The notes below the pieces were generated by a model, which saw only the letters and a program-made list of their open reading frames with translations, had not been told where the DNA came from and did not search any database. Position numbers and translations under genes: made by a program. This document shows, in pieces, positions 27,630 through 37,172 of a stretch of 64,000 bases of DNA. Source of the DNA: an uncultured Eubacteriales bacterium (GTDB taxonomy: Bacteria; Acidobacteriota; Aminicenantia; Aminicenantales; Aminicenantaceae); the NCBI GenBank assembly GCA_964346815.1, contig CAYFWF010000003.1, positions 181,559-245,558 of the forward strand. The letters run 5' to 3'. Numbering within the stretch: the stretch's first letter is position 1; each line of letters starts with the position of its first letter.

Positions 27630-30290
27630 CTATCTCTGTTTCAGTTCGAAGTCGTAATGGCCGGAACCAACCTTAATGATCACAGCGCTTCGGGTCTCTT
27701 CCACCATTTGAATGCCGGACACACCTGTCAGGAATTTCTGGCCGTCGTAGATTTGCTGCCCGCTTTCTTTGAGGACAATGGCTCTCAGTTTCAGCTTAGG
27801 TACATGGATCTCCGCCTCTGTGTTTACAGGAAGAAATACTTCCAGGGTGATGAGGTCGGTTGATTTTGACCAAGCGGTCGTTAGAGGTCCCCTGGGTGTA
27901 TGAATCGTTCCAGATACGTATTCCAGGTCCCGCACCATACAGGGTTGAATCAGAACGTTCTGGAATCCTATCGAATCTTCCTCCTGGTCGATGCCGGCCA
28001 AAACCCGATACAGCCAGGACCCGACGCTCCCGAACATCGGATGATTGTGGGAATTCATCGAGGGACCTGTCTTATACTGCCACAGTTCCCAAAGGGTCGT
28101 GGCACCGTTTCGGATCATAAAACCCCAACTGGGATAACTGGTTTGAGTGGCGAGTTCGTAGGCTAAGGAGGATGCACCGAAGTCAGCCAAGACTTCCATG
28201 ATGTATTTCGTCCCGAGAATACCGGTAGTCAAATGGGTATTGTTTTTATAGAGGATGTCGCTTTTTAAGTTTTGGAAGACTGAACCTCTCACTGACTCCG
28301 GCGCTAAATCCAGAAACAAAGCCAGTGTGTTGGCGGTTTGTGTCCCATTCGCATAACTCCTGGTTTCGGGATCGAAGTATTTGTTGTGGATGGCCTTCTT
28401 GATCTTCTCGGCCAGCTCCTGGTAGATTGTTACCTCATCCCTGTAGCCCAACGTCTGAGCCATTTTTTCGAGAAGGCGGACACTGTAGTAATAATAAAAA
28501 GAGGAAACGAAGCTGCCCGGCGTCCTATCGATAGCCACCCAATCCCCATAGTAACTGTATTGAAGGAGGTTGGCTGCGGATTTTGAGCGAAGAAACTCCA
28601 CGTATTTTTTCACACCTTCGTAGTGCTCCTCGAGAATTCGCATATCGCCATAATACCGATACATGTACCAGCAGAGCAGGGGATAGGCAGCACCCCACGC
28701 AGGATCGGCCGGACGCTGGCCCCATATGTGAGGGACGGTATCTGTTATGGTCCCTTCGTGGTCCTGGACATCTCGGATATCCTGGATAAATTTGGTGTAT
28801 AACGCGCCCATATCAAAATTCATCAAAGCCTCTTCTGCTGTGAGATGAGCATCTCCGAGCCATCCCATTCGTTCATCCCGCTGATTGCAGTCTGTGGGAA
28901 TGCTGTGGAGGTTGGTTTTTTGTCCCCATACGATCAGCCGCTGAAGTCGGTTCAAGAGGAGATGAGAGCAGGAAAAACCGCCGATTTGTTCGACAGCGGA
29001 ATGGACGACTTTCCCCCTTATCGTATCAGCGGTTGGAACACCAGGATATCCTGTCAGTTCCACATAGCGAAAACCGTGGTAGGTGAACCGGGGTTCATAG
29101 GCTTCTTTCCCCTGTCCTTTCAAAATATAAAGATCTTGGGCTCTGGCAGATCGCAGGTTTTCTTGGTTGATCATACCATTAGCGTAGAGCAGTTCTGAAT
29201 ACCGGAGGCGCACTTCAGTACCGCGGGGACCGGATAGTTCAATCTCAGCCCATCCGCTGAAGTTCTGTCCCATGTCAAAGACATAAACTCCCTCTCGGGG
29301 TTGGGTGATATGCAGGGGAACAAGCGTATCCATCACCCGGATCGGCTGAACCATCTGCGCGGAGAGGGAGCCTTTAGGAGCGATCCCCGTTTCAACAGGA
29401 CTCCAACCGGTGTCATCGAAGCCCGGTCTATCCCATCCCGGTGTTTCCAGTCGGGCGTCGTACACCTCACCGTTGTAGATGCTATCAGATACGATCGGTC
29501 CGTCTTTTCCTTTCCAGGATTTGTCGCTGAAAAATGTGAGTTTTTTTCCGTCTTCACATTCTATATTGACTTGAAGAATCAGAAGGAAAGGGCCGCTCCA
29601 GCCCTTTCCGAGCATTACGCCCAGGGCGTTTTCCCCCTCTAGAAGTCTATCCGTAATATCGTATGTTGAATAGAGAACTCTTTTTTCGTAAGTTGTGTAT
29701 CCCGGGTCGAGAACGTTGTTCCCCACCTTCTGTCCATTCAAGCGCATCTCATAGTACCCCAGCCCGCAGATAAAGGCTCTCCCGCGTTTGACTTTTCCGT
29801 TTACGGAAAACTCTTTGCGGACCTGGTTCATCCCGCCTATCCATTCTCCGTCCCAATCTTCGGGATGGAAAAGGCCTGTGTCAAACCGAGCAGCCTTGCT
29901 GTAAGGACTGGGAATATCATCTTTATCCCAATAACGAACCTTCCAAGTGTAGGTCCGATCGCTCTCTAAAGGCGTCCCCTCGTAAACCACATGTATAGAC
30001 CGATCAGAGAGAACTTTGCCTGTATCCCATAAAATATCGGATTTCTCAGAAGCGCTGGTGGATACGATCAATTGATACGCAGACTGTTTTTGGCCCCTTT
30101 CTGAGTGCCGCAGCATCCAGGAAAACCGGGGCTTTCGCACATCTATTCCCAAAGGATTCTTAAGGTATTCACATCTGAGATTATGGGGAGGCTGAGGACC
30201 GGCATTGTGGGTAGATGCTGCGGTCCGAGCCGAAGCTGTACAAAGCAGTGAACACGCTAGGACGATCTTCAAACATTGCTCAGCGATCAT
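27630..30290 (-). CDS. alpha-L-rhamnosidase, glycoside hydrolase family 78, secreted
   Basis: Signal peptide. GH78 N-terminal hallmark LRCEYLKNPLGIDVRKPRFSW. 886 aa, typical multi-domain GH78 length. Confidence 0.85.
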   Translation of the reverse strand: MIAEQCLKIVLACSLLCTASARTAASTHNAGPQPPHNLRCEYLKNPLGIDVRKPRFSWMLRHSERGQKQSAYQLIVSTSASEKSDILWDTGKVLSDRSIHVVYEGTPLESDRTYTWKVRYWDKDDIPSPYSKAARFDTGLFHPEDWDGEWIGGMNQVRKEFSVNGKVKRGRAFICGLGYYEMRLNGQKVGNNVLDPGYTTYEKRVLYSTYDITDRLLEGENALGVMLGKGWSGPFLLILQVNIECEDGKKLTFFSDKSWKGKDGPIVSDSIYNGEVYDARLETPGWDRPGFDDTGWSPVETGIAPKGSLSAQMVQPIRVMDTLVPLHITQPREGVYVFDMGQNFSGWAEIELSGPRGTEVRLRYSELLYANGMINQENLRSARAQDLYILKGQGKEAYEPRFTYHGFRYVELTGYPGVPTADTIRGKVVHSAVEQIGGFSCSHLLLNRLQRLIVWGQKTNLHSIPTDCNQRDERMGWLGDAHLTAEEALMNFDMGALYTKFIQDIRDVQDHEGTITDTVPHIWGQRPADPAWGAAYPLLCWYMYRYYGDMRILEEHYEGVKKYVEFLRSKSAANLLQYSYYGDWVAIDRTPGSFVSSFYYYYSVRLLEKMAQTLGYRDEVTIYQELAEKIKKAIHNKYFDPETRSYANGTQTANTLALFLDLAPESVRGSVFQNLKSDILYKNNTHLTTGILGTKYIMEVLADFGASSLAYELATQTSYPSWGFMIRNGATTLWELWQYKTGPSMNSHNHPMFGSVGSWLYRVLAGIDQEEDSIGFQNVLIQPCMVRDLEYVSGTIHTPRGPLTTAWSKSTDLITLEVFLPVNTEAEIHVPKLKLRAIVLKESGQQIYDGQKFLTGVSGIQMVEETRSAVIIKVGSGHYDFELKQR

Positions 30291-30329
30291 TTTCTCCTCC
30301 TCTCGATGAACTCATTCACATGGATAAGC

Positions 30330-30348
30330 TTGACAAGGTTCTTGTCAA
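30330..30348. promoter_or_regulatory. perfect palindrome TTGACAAG-GTT-CTTGTCAA in the rhamnosidase/rhaB divergent intergenic region (candidate operator; also contains a TTGACA -35-like hexamer)
   Basis: Read directly; 8-bp arms, 3-nt centre. Confidence 0.35.
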
Positions 30349-30429
30349 AATCCGGAGATTCCCGGACCAATATTGTAAAAGGCACTTTCCTGTATAGCGG
30401 CATTATATAAAATCATCCAATGAAATGAC

Positions 30430-30458
30430 AGATCCAACCTGGATATTCGAGGTTGGAT
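30430..30458. promoter_or_regulatory. inverted repeat GATCCAACC-N11-GGTTGGATC upstream of rhaB (candidate operator or 5'-UTR hairpin)
   Basis: Read directly; 9-bp arms; about 90 nt upstream of rhaB start. Confidence 0.3.
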
Positions 30459-30547
30459 CAAGAATTCAAGAGCGGAAGTTCCAATTTTAATTGACACAAA
30501 CAGGACAGTGTGATAAGTGGAGTCTGACGAGCAAGAGGTGTGCAGAT

Positions 30548-32020
30548 ATGGCTGTTTCCCGATATTTAGCTTTGGACTTGGGCGCCGAGAGCGGGAGGGC
30601 GATTCTCGGCTACCTTGACAGAGAGAGGCTGCAGGTCAAAGAAATCTCGCGCTTTCCCAATCGGATGCTTTCTATTCGTGGACATCTGTATTGGAATGTC
30701 TTCCGTCTCTTCGAGGAAATCAAGAAAGGAATGGAAATCTGTTTTACAGAGGCGCAAATTAAAAGCCTGGCTTTGGATACCTGGGGTGTCGATTTCGGTT
30801 TTTTGGCTGAGGATGGAACGATCATTGGCCTGCCATTTGCCTACAGGGACCCTCATACCAAGGGAAAAATGGAGGAATTCTTCGAAAGGATTCCGAAAAA
30901 TAAAGTCTATCGGCTGACCGGAATACAGTTCCTCCAGTTCAATTCCCTGTTTCAGTTGTTTGCCATGAAGAGGGACAAATCATCCCTTTTGGAAGCGGCC
31001 AAAGATCTTCTTTTTATTCCGGACCTCTTCAACTACCTTCTGACAGGACAAAAGAAAACAGAATTCACTTTTGCGACAACATCCCAGCTCTATAATCCGA
31101 GGAAGGGAGGTTGGGAAGAGGAACTTTTCGAAGCCCTGGAAGTCCCGAGTTCGCTCATGCAGGAGATTGTCCAGCCGGGTACGATTATTGGAGAATTGGA
31201 TGATGGAACGAGCCGAACTCATGGAGAGGATCCGGTGCCGGTGATAGCCGTGGCCTCACATGATACAGGCTCGGCAGTTGCAGCAGTGCCTGCCACCGGC
31301 CAGGACTGGACATACATAAGTTCAGGAACATGGTCGCTGATGGGGATCGAAACGCACGAACCGATAATCAATGATCAAGCGATGGAACTCAACTTCACCA
31401 ACGAAGGCGGCGTGGAGGGGACTTTTCGATTCTTAAGGAATATCACTGGACTCTGGCTCTTACAGGAATGTCGAAAGTCCTGGGCGAAAGAAAAGGCTTA
31501 CAGCTACGAAACACTGATGATCTTGGCGCAGGAGGCCCCAGCCTTCCAGTTCTTCGTCGATCCTGACTGGCAAGGCTTCCTCAGCCCTCAGGATATGCCC
31601 GAGGCTATTCATAAATATTGCAAAGCGACCAAGCAGAAAACGCCTGGTTCGCCTGGTGAATTTGTGCGGTGTATTCTCGAGAGTCTGGCACTGAAATACC
31701 GCATCGTGCTGGATCGATTGAGAGAGATTCATTCCCAGCCTATTCGGAAGGTTCATATCATCGGCGGGGGAGTTAAGAATGCTCTGCTCTGTCAGTTTAC
31801 TGCCAATGCCACTGGCCTTCCTGTATATGCTGGCCCCATAGAGGCTACATCGATCGGAAACATCATGATGCAGGCCTTCACCTTGGGAGATGTGCCTTCA
31901 GTAAGAGAGATGCGGGAGGTGGTTCGCCGCTCATTTGAACTTTCAGTCTATGAGCCTGAACATGTGAACGAGTGGGATAGGATTAAAGAGCAATATCTCG
32001 AGATTATTGGTATGGAGTGA
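30548..32020 (+). CDS. rhaB: rhamnulokinase (FGGY carbohydrate kinase)
   Basis: N-terminal FGGY motif YLALDLGAESGRAILG. Length about 490 aa, immediately followed by rhaA. Start set at MAVSRYL with AAGAGGTG SD; the ORF-track start at 30491 is an extension. Confidence 0.8.
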   Translation: MAVSRYLALDLGAESGRAILGYLDRERLQVKEISRFPNRMLSIRGHLYWNVFRLFEEIKKGMEICFTEAQIKSLALDTWGVDFGFLAEDGTIIGLPFAYRDPHTKGKMEEFFERIPKNKVYRLTGIQFLQFNSLFQLFAMKRDKSSLLEAAKDLLFIPDLFNYLLTGQKKTEFTFATTSQLYNPRKGGWEEELFEALEVPSSLMQEIVQPGTIIGELDDGTSRTHGEDPVPVIAVASHDTGSAVAAVPATGQDWTYISSGTWSLMGIETHEPIINDQAMELNFTNEGGVEGTFRFLRNITGLWLLQECRKSWAKEKAYSYETLMILAQEAPAFQFFVDPDWQGFLSPQDMPEAIHKYCKATKQKTPGSPGEFVRCILESLALKYRIVLDRLREIHSQPIRKVHIIGGGVKNALLCQFTANATGLPVYAGPIEATSIGNIMMQAFTLGDVPSVREMREVVRRSFELSVYEPEHVNEWDRIKEQYLEIIGME

Positions 32021-32024
32021 AGAT

Positions 32025-33305
32025 ATGGGAGATAGCAGAAAAATTGTAGAAGCCTTCAAAACAGCCAAGGAAATTTTCCGTGAAATAGGGGTGAATGTAG
32101 ACGATGCTCTAGAACGACTAAGCCAGATATCTATCTCTATACCTTGCTGGCAGGCGGATGATATCACAGGCTTTGAAAAGTCGAATGCACAACTGGAGGG
32201 GGGAGGCATTCAAGTCACGGGTCATTTTTTTGGAAAGCCTCGAACGATCGAAGAGCTGAGGATGGACCTCGAGAAGGCTTTTTCCTTGCTGCCCGGGCAT
32301 CACCGCTTGAACCTTCACTCGATTTATGGAGAATTCGGGACGAGTGAAGTCGGCCGCGATCAAATGGATGCGCGTCATTTCAAAGGTTGGGTAGAATGGG
32401 CCAGTCAAAAGAACATCAAGCTGGACTTCAATGCGACCTGCTTTTCTCACCCCCGAGCGGATTCAGGATTTACTCTGAGCAGCAAAGATAAGGGAATCCG
32501 CAGCTTCTGGATAGAACATGTCAAGCGCTGTCGCGAGATAAGTGCGTATATGGGACGAGCACTCGGCAGCTCCTGCATCCACAATCTTTGGATTCCGGAT
32601 GGGATGAAGGACATAACTATCGACCGAAAGGCCAGGAGATCCTTGCTGAAAGAGTCTCTTGAAGAAATATATTCTGACGATTACGACCCCAAGGAAATGA
32701 AGGATTCTCTGGAAAGCAAGCTGTTTGGAATCGGAAGCGAATCCTTTGTGGTTGGTTCCCATGAGTTCTATTTTGGATATGCTCTTTCCAAAGGAAAGAT
32801 GCTCTGTCTGGATGCGGGACATTTTCATCCTACAGAGTCTTTATCGGATAAAATCTCGTCTGTTCTCCTTTTCTTCGAAGAACTCCTTCTTCATCTCAGC
32901 CGGGGCATCAGATGGGACAGCGATCATGTGGTCATCCTGAATGAGGATATGAGGAGCATTGCCGAGGAGGTCATAAGGAGTGACGCTCTGGACAGGACCC
33001 ACATGGCCTTGGATTTTTTCGATGCCAGTATGAATCGGGTGGGGGCTTGGGTTATCGGAGCCAGAGCTGTCCTGAAGAGTTTTCTTTGTGCTTTGCTTCA
33101 GCCCGTGGAAAAGCTCCGCAGATTCGAGGAGGAGCGGGATTTTTTTTCCAGGCTCGCTCTTCTTGAAGAAATAAAAACTCTCCCTGTCGGTGTGATCTGG
33201 GATTACTATTGTCTGAAGAGGGATGTCCCGGTATCGAACCTGTGGATGAGAGAGGTCAAGCGGTACGAATCAGAGGTTCTCTACAAACGTCAAGGATCAA
33301 AATAG
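32025..33305 (+). CDS. rhaA: L-rhamnose isomerase
   Basis: SISIPCWQADDITGFE matches the E. coli RhaA PVSMHCWQGDDV region. About 426 aa. Start at MGDSRKIVEAF 5 nt after the rhaB stop. Confidence 0.85.
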   Translation: MGDSRKIVEAFKTAKEIFREIGVNVDDALERLSQISISIPCWQADDITGFEKSNAQLEGGGIQVTGHFFGKPRTIEELRMDLEKAFSLLPGHHRLNLHSIYGEFGTSEVGRDQMDARHFKGWVEWASQKNIKLDFNATCFSHPRADSGFTLSSKDKGIRSFWIEHVKRCREISAYMGRALGSSCIHNLWIPDGMKDITIDRKARRSLLKESLEEIYSDDYDPKEMKDSLESKLFGIGSESFVVGSHEFYFGYALSKGKMLCLDAGHFHPTESLSDKISSVLLFFEELLLHLSRGIRWDSDHVVILNEDMRSIAEEVIRSDALDRTHMALDFFDASMNRVGAWVIGARAVLKSFLCALLQPVEKLRRFEEERDFFSRLALLEEIKTLPVGVIWDYYCLKRDVPVSNLWMREVKRYESEVLYKRQGSK

Positions 33306-33770
33306 GCTCTTCACTAAATCAGCCAGATTTTGTGCATACTGTTTGCAGCATTCTTGCGCCCTCTCATCCGGAAAATCGATGGATACCGGTCCATAATGAT
33401 CGCCTCTATGGTCTCCCTGGATGATCATTCCGTGGATCAACAGCCCGTTGAGCAGATTAAGGACAGTTGTTTCATTTCCCCCTCCTACATTTGCAGCAGA
33501 AGAAAACGCTCCGCCAACCTTTCCCTTAAGCCTTCCATGGAATTTGATACTCTCATCCAAAAGCTTCTTGACCGGCCACGCCATCGATCCATAATAGGTC
33601 GGCGAACCCAGAACGATACAATCATAGTCGATCAGGTCGTCGGCCTTGGTTTCTTCCACTCTTTTCAGATCGACCGATAGATCTTCTTTTTTCATCACGT
33701 CGGTGATGATTTGGGCCATCTTCTCCGTGTTCCCTGTCTGAGAATAATAACATATCAGGACTTTTGCCAT
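33297..33770 (-). CDS. flavodoxin-family protein (WrbA/multimeric flavodoxin-like)
   Basis: KVLICYYSQTGNTEKMA (flavodoxin FMN-phosphate loop T-G-N-T) and LGSPTYYG motif. 157 aa. Confidence 0.75.
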   Translation of the reverse strand: MAKVLICYYSQTGNTEKMAQIITDVMKKEDLSVDLKRVEETKADDLIDYDCIVLGSPTYYGSMAWPVKKLLDESIKFHGRLKGKVGGAFSSAANVGGGNETTVLNLLNGLLIHGMIIQGDHRGDHYGPVSIDFPDERAQECCKQYAQNLADLVKSLF

Positions 33771-33785
33771 AATCTTACCTCCTGT

Positions 33786-35108
33786 TTACCATTTCTGGGC
33801 CTTTATAGGTTCCATTTTTCGCAGATTCAATCCTCTTTCATACGCTCCGCTTCGATAAAGACAAATTTCTCTTACCGACGATGGATGATGCAGGACTTCA
33901 GAGAGAGACTGAGATCCCACTCCCCAAACACCTCCCCCTCTCACAATCACTACCTTGTAATCATGAAGCTGCTCGAGAAAAGTCTCTATGTTGAATTTTG
34001 GTGGGAGAACAGGTATGGCGAGGTAAAGGTAGCTTCCCTCTGCATCGATAGGAATGACCCGGTCGAGCGGACGTCTTTCTCCCGGATAGATGAAGTGGGA
34101 ATGAGCCTCGGCTTCGGGAACCCAGCAGTGGATCACGGTTTGAAAATTTGTCTCTGCATAGATGGTTTTATGAATATCGAGTTCCCTGGTATCTCCTCTT
34201 TCTCGGCTCAGTGGGATTTCCAGGAGTGGGCCACCGATTTCTCTCGGCATGGAAGCCTTGGGAGAATAAAACATGGTTCTGACTCCGCGGATGGAGAAAG
34301 AGCCTGTATGGAAGGGAGACAGCCTCGATTCGAAGATCCTGGCTCCAGTCTTATGGAATTCCTTGATCAGTTCTTCTTCACGGGGGAAGTCACAGGCTTC
34401 ATCTCCTTGGATCGAGTATTCATCTGGAGGATATGTGAAATGGGCATCCGGGCCGGAATAAATTTTTTCCTTCAAGGAATCGACATCAACCTGAATTTTT
34501 TTCATGAGGCGTGAGATATAGCCTGCGTTGTTGGCCACACACTGGAGGAAAAATGCCTCTTTCAGTGTCCGCCCCTTGGAAAAAGCTCCATGCGCCTGCA
34601 CGAGTGTCACAGGATGACGGGAAAGCCTTTCCGGTATGACTCTGACCATTTTTGTTGAACCACTGGGGAGGGCGAACCAATCTACAGGGATGATACCGTC
34701 AAGATGGTAATACCCCAGAGGATCCACAGGATAAAAGGGCTTGGGCTGACCGGGCTTCGCTTCGTCATCGAGGGTGTCGATGATAAGATCCTTGGTATGA
34801 CAGTGCATCGAAGCGCCGACGTCTTTAAGAGATAAAATTTTTACGTGGATATCCGTCTCAGAGGAAGCTTTATAATATCCAAAATCCGTTTCTTTGAAAG
34901 ACGGAAAGCAGATATGTTCCCGCTCGAGATCTCCTTTCTGGGATCCCGTAGCTGTGATCGCCATCCTTTCCCTTCCCTTCTCATCCCTCCACCGCATCAC
35001 CATATTGCCGCAGTGGCTGTCCTGAATATCATACAAGAGCGAAGCCCGCCCGACAGTTTGAAACAACCGTACAAGTTCTTCGCTCGCTTTCCAGTAGTCC
35101 TTCCTCAT
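33786..35108 (-). CDS. tandem class II aldolase/adducin-fold protein (candidate rhamnulose-1-phosphate aldolase analog); second domain degenerate
   Basis: N-terminal domain has ITATGSQKGDL, MHCHTKD (H-x-H metal site) and VQAHGAFSKGRTLKEAF. Residues about 215-440 repeat the pattern as FYSPKASMPREIG, IHCWVPEAEAHSHF and VIVRGGGVWGVGSQSLSEVL, with the HG His replaced by Gly. Confidence 0.55.
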   Translation of the reverse strand: MRKDYWKASEELVRLFQTVGRASLLYDIQDSHCGNMVMRWRDEKGRERMAITATGSQKGDLEREHICFPSFKETDFGYYKASSETDIHVKILSLKDVGASMHCHTKDLIIDTLDDEAKPGQPKPFYPVDPLGYYHLDGIIPVDWFALPSGSTKMVRVIPERLSRHPVTLVQAHGAFSKGRTLKEAFFLQCVANNAGYISRLMKKIQVDVDSLKEKIYSGPDAHFTYPPDEYSIQGDEACDFPREEELIKEFHKTGARIFESRLSPFHTGSFSIRGVRTMFYSPKASMPREIGGPLLEIPLSRERGDTRELDIHKTIYAETNFQTVIHCWVPEAEAHSHFIYPGERRPLDRVIPIDAEGSYLYLAIPVLPPKFNIETFLEQLHDYKVVIVRGGGVWGVGSQSLSEVLHHPSSVREICLYRSGAYERGLNLRKMEPIKAQKW

Positions 35109-36949
35109 TTTATCTCATCGATCTTCAGAGATTTCACCAATCTTTCGGTGGGCCTCCCTTTTGCATCCCATTCTCTGGCCAGATAATAGTCGGCTCGCAG
35201 TCTTTCTATCAGGTCAGACGAAATCATTCTCTCTTTACTCCCGACCAGTATAGGCTCTTGCTGGAACCGTTCGGGAAGAGTATCCTCGTCCGACTCCAAT
35301 CCAGTTTCGAGGTTGAATATCCTCTCGAGAGTAGCTACGCGGTTAGCGATCTCTTCTAGCCTTGCGATAGAAAAATTCATCCCAGTGATGCCGCTCGCAA
35401 TACGGGCCCATGGGTCTGAAGAGAAGGCAAATCCTGTAAACCGGCATATCCCCAGACTATCTTGGATGATCCCCAGATTTTGCATGTTGCGAATAGCGAT
35501 GGGTGACTGAAGAATGCTGTACCGAGGAATCTCCTTTGTGCCTCCAAAGAAGGCAAGCGAGACCGCATATCCTCCCCTGAGATGGCAGGCTCCTGTCGGA
35601 GAGGTCATATAGCCCAAAGCCTGGGTAAACGAAGCCCTCGGATCATAAGCAGGGATCTCCATTTTTTTCACAGTCATGGCATATTCGGGATGCTTATAAT
35701 GTTCCGCCAAGCGGTGAGATCCCTCTGCTAATAAATCACCCATCCCTTCCCTAAGTGCGATGAGGTCCGCCATTTTCACCAGGATCTCTGCATCTCCGAA
35801 ACAGAGACGGATATCTTCCTTTATCTCTTGGGTTATAATCCCTTTTTCTGCAAGTTCCAGAGCACAAGCCAGCGTTCCCCCAAAGCTGATGGTGTCCAAT
35901 CCCAGCTCGTTGCAGCGGTAGTTCGCCAAGGTGATACTTCCCAGATCATAGATTCCACAATTCGGACCGGTCATCACGATTGTCTCGTATTCAGGCCCTT
36001 CTCCTTTTTTGTCACCCAGGCGGGTGTGACGCTGGCAGGCTAATGCGCAGCCGTAACAGGCTCCGGCTCGTTCGAGAATGGAGCGGTGCAAAGTCTCTCC
36101 CGATATTTGATCCAAATCTTCTTCTTCGTGAATATTGTTCTGAAAGTTCCGATAGGGAAGCATCTCGATGATATCGATGAGCTTTAGGAGTCCAGAGGTT
36201 CCCAGTTGCCGCAGGAGGCGCTTGGTAATGGGCGCTGATCTCAACAGATAGAGGGCTTGGTCGAGTCCGGAGTTAAAGCGTTCCTCGTCACATATCTGTG
36301 CTTTTAGCCTTCCTGACACTTGAATCGCCTTGAGGTTTTTACTGCCGAAGACGGCTCCCGGGCCTCCGCGCCCGTAGGCTCTGTTTTTATCGTTCATTAC
36401 AGAGGCAAAGCGGACTAGGCTTTCTCCTGCTGGACCGATGCAGAGTATGCGGGGGCGGTCGTTCGGGGCAGCATCCTGGGTCATTTGATCCGTTGTCTCG
36501 TGCACCTCCAATCCCCAAAGATGATTTTGAGGCACGATGTCCACATGATCTGGATGCACATCTATGGTTACAGGCTCTGAGGCCTTGCCTTTGATCACCA
36601 GAATATCATAACCGCTGGACTTGAACGCGTGAGCCCAGCTGCCTCCACAGTTCGAGCTTCCGATTAATCCTGTCAGAGGAGACTTGAAAACCATATGTCC
36701 CCTGCAAGCTGTCGGAGCGCGTGTCCCGATAAGAGGAGATGTGGCGATGACTATGACATTTTCACCACCGAGTGGGTCACACAGGGGATTGATCTCATCA
36801 AAGAAGATACGGGTAGCAAGTCCTCTCCCGCCCAGATAATGCTCAGCGAGGGACTGTCTCAAGGGTATTTCCCGAATCTCTCCTTTCGAGAGGTCGATTT
36901 CAAGGATTTTCCCGTGGTAACCGAACAGTATATGATCATTCATGAGCAT
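35105..36949 (-). CDS. aor: aldehyde:ferredoxin oxidoreductase family protein (tungsten/pterin AOR)
   Basis: N-terminus FGYHGKILEIDLSKGEI…YLGGRGL and overall 614-aa AOR architecture. True start may be the third Met (36943). Confidence 0.85.
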   Translation of the reverse strand: MLMNDHILFGYHGKILEIDLSKGEIREIPLRQSLAEHYLGGRGLATRIFFDEINPLCDPLGGENVIVIATSPLIGTRAPTACRGHMVFKSPLTGLIGSSNCGGSWAHAFKSSGYDILVIKGKASEPVTIDVHPDHVDIVPQNHLWGLEVHETTDQMTQDAAPNDRPRILCIGPAGESLVRFASVMNDKNRAYGRGGPGAVFGSKNLKAIQVSGRLKAQICDEERFNSGLDQALYLLRSAPITKRLLRQLGTSGLLKLIDIIEMLPYRNFQNNIHEEEDLDQISGETLHRSILERAGACYGCALACQRHTRLGDKKGEGPEYETIVMTGPNCGIYDLGSITLANYRCNELGLDTISFGGTLACALELAEKGIITQEIKEDIRLCFGDAEILVKMADLIALREGMGDLLAEGSHRLAEHYKHPEYAMTVKKMEIPAYDPRASFTQALGYMTSPTGACHLRGGYAVSLAFFGGTKEIPRYSILQSPIAIRNMQNLGIIQDSLGICRFTGFAFSSDPWARIASGITGMNFSIARLEEIANRVATLERIFNLETGLESDEDTLPERFQQEPILVGSKERMISSDLIERLRADYYLAREWDAKGRPTERLVKSLKIDEIK

Positions 36950-37155
36950 GCACGCGCTGGGATTTCTAGCATACTAAATGCCGGCCATCAAAACAAGAAG
37001 CAAGAACGCATGGTTTTCCAAGAAATCTTACATTGATGGAAGTCTTTCTTTCGCTTTCTGCATGATTTATTATACGATGACGTGACCGCGAGAATGATCT
37101 GCATCCAATATTTTGTCATTTCCTCACGAAAAATTGTAAAAATTTCCACTCGATA

Positions 37156-37172
37156 GAAACACGTGAAGTTTC
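37156..37172. promoter_or_regulatory. inverted repeat GAAAC-ACGTGAA-GTTTC (contains CACGTG core) in the AOR / small-ORF divergent intergenic region
   Basis: Read directly; 5-bp arms, 7-nt spacer. Confidence 0.25.
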
